Source of the DNA: Dehalococcoides mccartyi
GTDB taxonomy: Bacteria > Chloroflexota > Dehalococcoidia > UBA2979
Assembly (NCBI GenBank): GCA_945865925.1
Contig: CAMBFG010000002.1
Coordinates: 12,421 to 76,420, forward strand
Direction of reading: 5' to 3'
Length of the DNA stretch: 64,000 nt
In this document: positions 57,003 to 64,000 of the stretch, one piece after another
Numbering within the stretch: position 1 is the stretch's first letter
How the letters are laid out: every line of letters starts with the position of its first letter
The notes under the pieces: generated by a model
Told to the model about the DNA's origin: nothing
Databases searched by the model: none
What the model saw: only the letters and a program-made list of their open reading frames with translations
Position numbers and translations under genes: made by a program

Positions 57003-57539
57003 ATGGCGAAGCTCGTTTACGGATTGAACCTGTCACTGGACGGCTACGTTGACCATGACCATGAGGCATTTGCGCCCGATCCCGTGCTCTTTCGTCACTT
57101 CATCGAGCAAGTGCGCGGTCTGAGCGGCAGCGTGTACGGTCGCCGCATGTACGAGATCATGCGCTACTGGGACGAAGACCAGCCTGAGTGGACTCCCGAG
57201 GAGCACGACTTCGCGGCGGTGTGGCGTAACCAACCGAAGTGGGTCGTGTCACGCTCGTTGAAGTCAGTCGGCCCCAACGCCACACTTGTTCAGGATGACA
57301 TCGAGGCGGTGATACGCTGGCTGAAGGATGATCTCGCAGGCGAGATTGACGTTGGCGGACCAGACCTCGCGCAAAGCCTAACCGAGCTTGGTTTGATCGA
57401 TGAGTATCGACTCTACTTCTGCCCCGTCGTGCTTGGTCACGGCAAGCCATTCTTCGCGGGCCCCCGGCCGCCACTTCGCCTGGTGGCCAACGACTTAATC
57501 GGCGAGGACACGATCAGGTTGACGTACGTTCCTGCCTAG
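57003..57539 (+). CDS. Dihydrofolate-reductase-like (RibD C-terminal) protein
   Basis: NLSLDGY, YGRRMY, KWVVSRSL, VGGPDLA, LIDEY, PVVLGHGKP. Confidence 0.9.
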   Translation: MAKLVYGLNLSLDGYVDHDHEAFAPDPVLFRHFIEQVRGLSGSVYGRRMYEIMRYWDEDQPEWTPEEHDFAAVWRNQPKWVVSRSLKSVGPNATLVQDDIEAVIRWLKDDLAGEIDVGGPDLAQSLTELGLIDEYRLYFCPVVLGHGKPFFAGPRPPLRLVANDLIGEDTIRLTYVPA

Positions 57540-57595
57540 TCACGCAATCCCCCGACAGATCACAGGTCGAATGTGAGTACGCGACCTAGCACCAC

Positions 57596-58372
57596 CTACA
57601 CCTTGACCGCGCCGGGCTCCGGCCCCGGCAGCGACACGATCGCCCCATTCACCGCCGGCTGCGCCACCAACCATGCGAGGGCTTCCGCCACATCGACCTG
57701 CGTCGGCTTGCGGTAGGCATCGAGGGTGTGTGTGCCGCGGATGGCGTCGAGCAGCACCTCAGGGGCCACGCGGGTGATCGGGCCGGGGGCCACGCCGTTC
57801 ACGGTGATGCCGTAGCGCGCCTCCTGCCTCGACAGGGTGCGGACGAGCCAGTGGCGCGCCGCCTTGCCGAGCGGGTAGTCGAGCGGGGCGTCCTCGGTCG
57901 AGGCGCGCCAGTCCTCGCTGTCGAAACCGCCGACGGTCGCGATGCGGCCCCAGCCAGCGGCGCGCATCGCGGGCAGGCAGGCGCGCGCGAGCAGGTAGAA
58001 CGCGTCCACCTCTTCGGCCATCGCGGCGCGCCAGTCCTCGGGCGGGATCGCGTCGAGCGGGCGCGGCTTCCAGACGGCGCCAGCGGAGACCACGAGGATC
58101 GAGGGCTCACCGAGCGTCCTTCGGACCTGGGCGAGCATTGCGTCGACTTCGGCGGCGTCGCCGGTGTCAGCGGTGACGGCGAGGGCGCGCCGGCCGAAGC
58201 CACGTACCTCCTCGGCGACCGCCTCGGCGGCCTCGCGGTTGCGATGGGTGTTCACGACGACATCGGCGCCGTCACGCGCGAAGGCGAGGGCGGTCGCATG
58301 GCCGACGCCGCGCCCCGCCGCGCCCGTCACGAGTGCGATCTGTCCGAGCAGCGGCGTCTCTGTCTTGGCCAT
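57596..58372 (-). CDS. Short-chain dehydrogenase/reductase
   Basis: VTGAAGRGVG, YPLGK, GITVNGVAPG. Confidence 0.88.
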   Translation of the reverse strand: MAKTETPLLGQIALVTGAAGRGVGHATALAFARDGADVVVNTHRNREAAEAVAEEVRGFGRRALAVTADTGDAAEVDAMLAQVRRTLGEPSILVVSAGAVWKPRPLDAIPPEDWRAAMAEEVDAFYLLARACLPAMRAAGWGRIATVGGFDSEDWRASTEDAPLDYPLGKAARHWLVRTLSRQEARYGITVNGVAPGPITRVAPEVLLDAIRGTHTLDAYRKPTQVDVAEALAWLVAQPAVNGAIVSLPGPEPGAVKV

Positions 58373-58383
58373 GCACCTATCGT

Positions 58384-58869
58384 ATGCGCGTGGCACTCAT
58401 CGACGACCTCACGAGAGACCTTGAGACGGCACGCACCGCGTTCCTGGCTGCCCTCGACGGGGTGACGCAGGAGCAGTTCGTCCGCCGCCCGCCTGGCGAG
58501 GTGGGGGAGGGCGAGGAGCGCTGGCCGATCCGCGACGTCTGCTGGCACCTCGGCCAGTACGACGACCTCCAGCGGCGGGTGATCCTCGCGGCGTCCGAGG
58601 GGCGAGCACTCCCCGCGAACGACCCGACGCACCGCCCGGCCTACCTCAACACCCCTGACCTCCTGTACGAGTGGCTGGCGCAGTCCCGTCGCGCCCTCGT
58701 CGTCCTTGCGTCACACCTCGACGAGGACACGCTCAACCGCGAGTTCGAGGGCGCTGCCGGACGCACGATGACCGCGCGCGGGATCCTGAAGTGGGTCGCG
58801 CAGCACGAGCGCAACCACATCGCGCAGGTGGAGACGCTGCGCGCGCTCCCACCCGCCGAGGAGCGCTGA
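58384..58869 (+). CDS. DinB superfamily protein
   Basis: WPIRDVCWH...HERNHIAQ. Confidence 0.8.
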   Translation: MRVALIDDLTRDLETARTAFLAALDGVTQEQFVRRPPGEVGEGEERWPIRDVCWHLGQYDDLQRRVILAASEGRALPANDPTHRPAYLNTPDLLYEWLAQSRRALVVLASHLDEDTLNREFEGAAGRTMTARGILKWVAQHERNHIAQVETLRALPPAEER

Positions 58870-58973
58870 GGCGGCCAGGGGTCCTCGCTGCTCTCCTGAC
58901 CGCTGCTGGTGTCATTGCCGCCCGTGCGCTGGGACGACGCCCGGCGTAGCGTGGGCCCCGCAGGAGGCCGCGC

Positions 58974-59615
58974 ATGAGCCCTCGACGTCCACCGCCAGAA
59001 GCCGCGCCCTCGCTCGCCACGGAGATCGAGGGATACCGACGCGACCCGAAGTTCCGCGCGATGCTGCGCGGGCAGGAGTTCCGCTTCACGACGGCGTGGG
59101 GCCTGTTCTCCCCGCGTGAGGTCGACCTCGGCTCGGCGCTGCTGATCGAGCACCTCGATGCGGCGGGTGTGGCAGAGGACGACGACACCATCGACATCGG
59201 CTGCGGGTACGGCGCGATCGGACTCGTGCTCGCCTCGATGGCGCCGAAAGGCGAGACGTGGCTGCTCGACAAGGACTTCGTCGCGGTCGAGCGCGCGCGC
59301 CTGAACGCCGAGGCGAACCGGCTCACCAACGTGACCACGATGCTCTCGAACGGCCTCAGCGCCGTCCCGCGCGGACGGCTGTTCGATGTCGCCACCGCCA
59401 ACCTGCCCGCGAAGGCGGGGAATGAGATGCTGACGCTGATCCTCGCGGACGCCCACGCGCACCTGAAGCCGGGCGGGCGGCTGACCGTCGTGACGACGAA
59501 CGCGCTCCGCCGGTTCATCGAGCGGATGTTCGACGAACTCTTCGGCAACTCGGAGAAGGTGAAGCAGGGCCGCCTGCACACGGTCACGATGGCCGTGAAG
59601 CCGCCGAGGGAGTAG
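58974..59615 (+). CDS. Class I SAM methyltransferase (RsmC/MTS-like)
   Basis: GLFSPREVDLGSALL, DIGCGYG, NLP. Confidence 0.85.
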   Translation: MSPRRPPPEAAPSLATEIEGYRRDPKFRAMLRGQEFRFTTAWGLFSPREVDLGSALLIEHLDAAGVAEDDDTIDIGCGYGAIGLVLASMAPKGETWLLDKDFVAVERARLNAEANRLTNVTTMLSNGLSAVPRGRLFDVATANLPAKAGNEMLTLILADAHAHLKPGGRLTVVTTNALRRFIERMFDELFGNSEKVKQGRLHTVTMAVKPPRE

Positions 59616-59643
59616 CAGCGCCCGCCGCGCTAACATTCCACCC

Positions 59644-60462
59644 ATGCCACCAGCCCCAGACGTCCCGTCCACCGGCCCGCTCTACCCCAGCCTGCGAGGC
59701 AAGCGCGCCGTCGTCCTCGGCGGGTCGCGCGGCATCGGCCGGGCGATCGCGCTCCGCCTCGCGCGGGAGGGCTGCCACGTCTTCGTGAACTACGCGCGCT
59801 CCTCGGAGGCCGCAGAGAAGACTGCCGCCGACTGTCGCGCGATGGGCGTGGAGTCCGTGATCGCACAGGGCGACGTCGGCACGGCCGAGGAGATGGCCGT
59901 CGTGTTCAAAGCCGTCGAGGCGTGGGGCGGCTGCGACATCCTGGTAAACAACGCCGCGCGCGGCCTCGAACGGCCCCGCGCCGCCATCGACCAGCGTCCG
60001 AAGCATCTGCACAGCACGATGGACGTGAACGTCTTCGGCCCGTGGCAGGCCTCGCAACTTGCGGTGCCGATGATGGAGGCACGAGGCGGCGGGAGCATCG
60101 TGAACCTGCTCTCGCCGGGCGCGTTCCACTACATGCCGGACTACAGCGCCGTCGGCGTGACGAAGGCCGCGCTCGCCGCGCTGACGATGTACCTCGCGGT
60201 AGAGCTCGCCCCCCGCGGCATCCGCGTGAACGCCGTCTCCGCCGGTTGGGTCGAGGGCTCCGAGGGGGAGCACTCCCTGGGCAACGACACCAGCGAAAAG
60301 GTGCGCCCGCACGTCCCTTCCGGCCGCAACGTCCACGGCGAGGACATCGCCGCCGCCATCGTCTGGATCTGCTCGACGGAGGCCCCGATGCTCGTCGGCC
60401 AGACGATCCACCTCGATGGCGGCTTCGCCGATGGCGCCTGGCGCGCGGTGCTGGGGAACTAG
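59644..60462 (+). CDS. SDR, FabL-like enoyl-ACP reductase
   Basis: GGSRGIG, NNAA, Y-x6-K pattern (DYSAVGVTKAAL), IRVNAVS. Confidence 0.8.
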   Translation: MPPAPDVPSTGPLYPSLRGKRAVVLGGSRGIGRAIALRLAREGCHVFVNYARSSEAAEKTAADCRAMGVESVIAQGDVGTAEEMAVVFKAVEAWGGCDILVNNAARGLERPRAAIDQRPKHLHSTMDVNVFGPWQASQLAVPMMEARGGGSIVNLLSPGAFHYMPDYSAVGVTKAALAALTMYLAVELAPRGIRVNAVSAGWVEGSEGEHSLGNDTSEKVRPHVPSGRNVHGEDIAAAIVWICSTEAPMLVGQTIHLDGGFADGAWRAVLGN

Positions 60463-60505
60463 TCGAGGAGCGCGGTCGGTAAGCGCACCGACCGTCACTC
60501 CGCCT

Positions 60506-60524
60506 GTTATATTCCTGTGATAAC
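60506..60524. promoter_or_regulatory. AT-rich palindrome upstream of the MFS gene (possible operator)
   Basis: GTTAT-N9-ATAAC. Confidence 0.35.
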
Positions 60525-60541
60525 TCGATAAGGCCTCACCC

Positions 60542-61909
60542 ATGCGCGCGCCCTGGGCTCCAGCACCTCTCGCTACGGCACCCGCAGATGACGTTGAGGT
60601 TGCGCGACGCCGTGGGGTGCGGATGCCGTCCGTGCGGACGTTCGAGGCGCTGAACAGCCGCTCGTTCCGCTGGTTCTTCGTGGCGATGCTGGCGCAGTTC
60701 TCTTCCATGCACATGCAGATGCTCGTGAACCCATGGCTGGTGTTCGACATCACTGGGTCGTACGCGCGCGTCGGGGCGATTGCCCTCGCGAGCGCGATCC
60801 CGGGGTTGATCCTCGGGTTCCCGGGCGGCGTGGTGGCGGACCGGGCGCCGAAGAAGATCGTGGTGCAGATCGGGCAGACGGTAAACGCGTTCGGGACGCT
60901 CTCGATCGCGGTGCTGCTCACGCTCGACATGCTGACGTTCACGCACCTGATGCTCGTGTCCGCACTCCAGGGTGGCGTCTTCGCGATCATGGGGCCGGCG
61001 AGGCAGGCGCTCATCCCGGAGATCGTGGGGCCTCGACGGCTCTCGAACGCCATCGGGCTGAACATGGCGGGGATGAACGTCACGCGCATGGGCGTGCCGG
61101 CGCTCGGCGGATTCTTGCTGGCGTTTGTCGGGCCGGCGGCTGTGTTCTACGTGATGGCCGCACTCATCTTCATCGCCGTCATCGGACTGATCCCGGTGCA
61201 GAAGCACGTCCCAACCGCCGAGGACATCGAAGAGGAGCGGATCCTCGCGGCTGCCGCGGGCACGCTCCAGGTCGCGCCTCGTGCGCATGCTGGCCACGGT
61301 GGAAGCGGCGCTCGAGGGCTGGCGGACATCCGCGACGGTATCCGCTACATGAGCGGCGACCGCGTGGTGATGGCACTGCTGATGATCAACTTCTTCATCG
61401 TCCTGATGTCGATGCCTTACATGCAGATGCTGGCCGGCTTCGTGAAGGAAGTCCTGCACGGTGGGCCGGAGCAGATCGGGTTCCTCATCAGCATGACAGG
61501 CATCGGCGCCCTCGTCGGGTCACTCGTCGTGGCCTCCATGCCGAACCGAGGGCGCGGCAAGGTCTTCCTCGTGAGCGCGCTGATCCTCGGCGTGGCGCTC
61601 ATTGGCTTCGTGACGTCGACCTCGATCTGGCTGACAGCATTCATCATGCTGGCAGTCGGGTTCGGACAGGCTGGGCGCATGTCGCTCGGCAGCATCCTGA
61701 TCATGTCCTACACGAAGCCCGAGTTTCAGGGCCGCGTGATGAGCGTGTACATGATGGAGTTCAGCCTGGTCTCGTTCGGCACGTTCGCTGTCGGCATCCT
61801 CGCTGAGATGGTGGGCATCCAGTGGGCGATCGGCAGCACCGCCATCGCGCTCGTCCTCGTCTCGATCTACGGCCTGTTCCTCATGCCTCGGGTGCGTGAC
61901 CTCCCGTAG
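60542..61909 (+). CDS. MFS transporter (DHA3/H+ antiporter-like)
   Basis: About 12 TM helices, GGVVADRAPKK, PARQALIPE, QGRVMSVY. Confidence 0.9.
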   Translation: MRAPWAPAPLATAPADDVEVARRRGVRMPSVRTFEALNSRSFRWFFVAMLAQFSSMHMQMLVNPWLVFDITGSYARVGAIALASAIPGLILGFPGGVVADRAPKKIVVQIGQTVNAFGTLSIAVLLTLDMLTFTHLMLVSALQGGVFAIMGPARQALIPEIVGPRRLSNAIGLNMAGMNVTRMGVPALGGFLLAFVGPAAVFYVMAALIFIAVIGLIPVQKHVPTAEDIEEERILAAAAGTLQVAPRAHAGHGGSGARGLADIRDGIRYMSGDRVVMALLMINFFIVLMSMPYMQMLAGFVKEVLHGGPEQIGFLISMTGIGALVGSLVVASMPNRGRGKVFLVSALILGVALIGFVTSTSIWLTAFIMLAVGFGQAGRMSLGSILIMSYTKPEFQGRVMSVYMMEFSLVSFGTFAVGILAEMVGIQWAIGSTAIALVLVSIYGLFLMPRVRDLP

Positions 61910-61923
61910 GATCGACCACGTCG

Positions 61924-62571
61924 ATGGCGCTGACTCTCGCCAACCTCGTCGCGAATCGCACGCTCTCGCCGGAGATGGCGGCCACCCTCGCCGCCGCCGC
62001 TGAGGAACGCCACTCCATCCTGTTCGTGGCGATCCCTCGGATGGCGGGGAAGAGCACGTTGATGCAGGCGATGTTGCAGCACGCGCCAGCGGGCACCTCG
62101 TTCTATCGCCTGTCGAGGGCGGAGGGCCCCGACCTCGGCATCCCCGCGAGCGGAGACGGCGGTTACCTCGTGGTTTCCGAGATCTCCACCGCCCCGTACG
62201 CGGACTACCTCTGGGGCGCCGACGCCCGGCGCGTCTTTGCGGCGCTCGATCGTGAGTTCTCGCTGGCCACAGCGCTACACGCGGGTGGCGTGGACGAGGC
62301 TTTCGAGGTGCTCACGCAGGACAACGGCATCCCCGTCGAACAGGCCGCGCGTATCGACCTCGTCGTCTACGTACGCAGCATCGGTCCGTGGTCACGCCCC
62401 ACTCGCCGCGTGGTCTCCGAGGTCGCGGAGACCGACGGCATCGACCCTCGCGCGGCACGCGTATTGCATCGCTGGTCGGAGCCTGACGATCGGTTCGAGG
62501 TGATCAAACAGTCACAACGCATCGAAGTCGCAGCCATCGAGCGCTACCACAACGTGTTCACCGCGCCATGA
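61924..62571 (+). CDS. Small P-loop NTPase resembling the catalytic half of CpaF/VirB11 secretion ATPases
   Basis: LVANRTLS, PRMAGKST, VVSEI, TALHA. Confidence 0.6.
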   Translation: MALTLANLVANRTLSPEMAATLAAAAEERHSILFVAIPRMAGKSTLMQAMLQHAPAGTSFYRLSRAEGPDLGIPASGDGGYLVVSEISTAPYADYLWGADARRVFAALDREFSLATALHAGGVDEAFEVLTQDNGIPVEQAARIDLVVYVRSIGPWSRPTRRVVSEVAETDGIDPRAARVLHRWSEPDDRFEVIKQSQRIEVAAIERYHNVFTAP

Positions 62572-62580
62572 GCCCGCACC

Positions 62581-63480
62581 CTACCCCACCGCCTCGAGGG
62601 CTGCTTCCAGCGTGAGCGGGCGATGGCCAAGCGGGAAGCGACGGCTGGGGTCGGCGACCTGACGCTCGCGCAGCGTCTCCAGCAGGAGGCGCGTCTCGCG
62701 CCTCGGCAGGCGCGCGAGGCTCCACGCCAACTGCTCCTCGACACGCTCGCCCCAGCCGGGCATCGGCAGATAGGCACGGCGACGGCGGTGATGGGCGCGT
62801 CCCCACGCACGCGCCATCGTCCCGAAGGTGGCGCGTGTCGCACCGGTGAGGTCGTAGGTACGTCCAGCCATCTCGGTGTCGTCGATCGCGAGGCGGAGCG
62901 CCTCGACAATGTCCGCAAGGGCGACTGGCTCGACTTCGGTACGACGCCAGCGGAAGAGCGGCACCACGGGCGAGCGGTCGACGGTGCGACGCATCATCTC
63001 GAACAGCGTGCTGCCGCGCCCCACGATCAACGGAGCGCGCAATACGAGCCAAGAGAGGCCGCCCTGCCGCACCGCGAGTTCCGTGGCCCATCGCGCCACG
63101 AGGTGCTGCCCGCGCGCCTCGGGTGACGCACCCACGTGTCCGAGGTACACGACGCGTTTCACGCCGGCCGCACGCGCCGCGAGGAGCGCATTCTGCACAG
63201 CCTCGAGGTCGTTCGCGACCACGTCGCCCGGTGCGTCGAGCGTGTGGACGAGGTAGACGAGCGTGCGCACGCCGCGCATCGCCGCCTCCAGCCCGCGCCC
63301 GGTCGCGAGGTCGCCGGTGACGGCCTCGACGCCCTGGTCGCGCAGGCGGACCGCGTCGAACTCCCGCCGGACGAGGGCGCGGACCAGCCTCGGCTTCCCG
63401 TCAGGCGAGGGCTGCGCGCGCAACTCCTCGAGGAGTGCGGAGCCGACGAAGCCGCTCGCCCCGGCAATGAGGATGGTCAC
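62581..63480 (-). CDS. Atypical SDR / NAD(P)H-binding protein (YbjT-like)
   Basis: IAGASGFVG, GDL, YLVH, VKRVVYLG. Confidence 0.85.
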   Translation of the reverse strand: MTILIAGASGFVGSALLEELRAQPSPDGKPRLVRALVRREFDAVRLRDQGVEAVTGDLATGRGLEAAMRGVRTLVYLVHTLDAPGDVVANDLEAVQNALLAARAAGVKRVVYLGHVGASPEARGQHLVARWATELAVRQGGLSWLVLRAPLIVGRGSTLFEMMRRTVDRSPVVPLFRWRRTEVEPVALADIVEALRLAIDDTEMAGRTYDLTGATRATFGTMARAWGRAHHRRRRAYLPMPGWGERVEEQLAWSLARLPRRETRLLLETLRERQVADPSRRFPLGHRPLTLEAALEAVG

Positions 63481-63501
63481 TGTCCGGCCCTCAGGCCTCG
63501 C

Positions 63502-64000
63502 CTACCAGGTAATCGCGCCGCGCTCGGCGCCGGAGACGACACGCGCGTACTTCGCGAAGACGCCCTTCGTGTAGCGCGGCGGGCGAGGGACCCGCGCGGC
63601 GAGGCGGCGGGCGATCTCGTCGGCCGGGACGTCGAGGTCGAGGCGGCGGTTGTCGATGTCGATGACGATCGTGTCGCCCTCCTGGACGGCGCCGATTGGG
63701 CCGCCGGCCGCGGCCTCGGGTGCCACGTGGCCCGCCATGAGGCCGTGCGTCGCGCCAGAGAAGCGGCCGTCCGTCAGCAGCGCCACCTGCTCGCCGAGGC
63801 CGGCGCCGACAAGCGCCGAAGTCACGCCGAGCATCTCGCGCATACCGGGGCCACCCACCGGGCCCTCGTTGCGGATGACGACGACATCACCCGGCTTGAT
63901 CTGCTGCGCGAGCACGGCCGCCATCGCGTCCTGCTCGGCCTCGAAGACACGCGCGGGACCGCGGTGGATGCGGCGCTCTTCGCCCGCGATCTTTACCACG
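63502..64000 (-). CDS. ilvD: Dihydroxy-acid dehydratase, C-terminal part (5' end off window)
   Basis: [32 protein letters not shown]. Confidence 0.95.
   Translation of the reverse strand, partial: VVKIAGEERRIHRGPARVFEAEQDAMAAVLAQQIKPGDVVVIRNEGPVGGPGMREMLGVTSALVGAGLGEQVALLTDGRFSGATHGLMAGHVAPEAAAGGPIGAVQEGDTIVIDIDNRRLDLDVPADEIARRLAARVPRPPRYTKGVFAKYARVVSGAERGAITW

Overview
A gene-dense, high-GC bacterial chromosomal window of about 65 CDSs. I saw no rRNA, tRNA, CRISPR array or transposase. Gene content and style (paralogous CaiB-type CoA transferases, PLP aminotransferases, DinB and dienelactone hydrolase proteins, Tat lipoproteins) suggest an aerobic monoderm such as Chloroflexota/Dehalococcoidia, but this is inference only. 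The left half centres on siroheme. An Rrf2 regulator, a small YezD-like gene and a NitT/TauT ABC importer are divergent from sir-cysH-cysD-cysN, which is followed by sirC-hemA-hemC-cobA/hemD-hemB-hemL. Next comes a nirA-nrtABC cluster that ends in a small sulfite-oxidase-family molybdoprotein, with no canonical nitrate reductase in the window. It is followed by an ApbE flavinylation module (disordered membrane tether ending in SRAS, ApbE, MsrQ-like cytochrome b, divergent two-component system), a translationally coupled aldo/keto reductase-ahbAB-chdC haem-b triad without ahbC, and cbiB-cobD. The right half is mixed metabolism: glpK with a 13-bp duplication frameshift, sua5, an epimerase, a frameshifted ABC permease with a motif-degenerate ATPase, a stand-alone DosS-type GAF domain, an M1 aminopeptidase, tandem CoA transferases and aminotransferases, SDRs, an MFS transporter and a partial ilvD. 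The strongest candidates for undescribed biology are the nirA-nrt-Mo module, the ApbE/tether module and the AKR-ahbAB-chdC triad. All assignments come from reading motifs by eye; no database searches were run.
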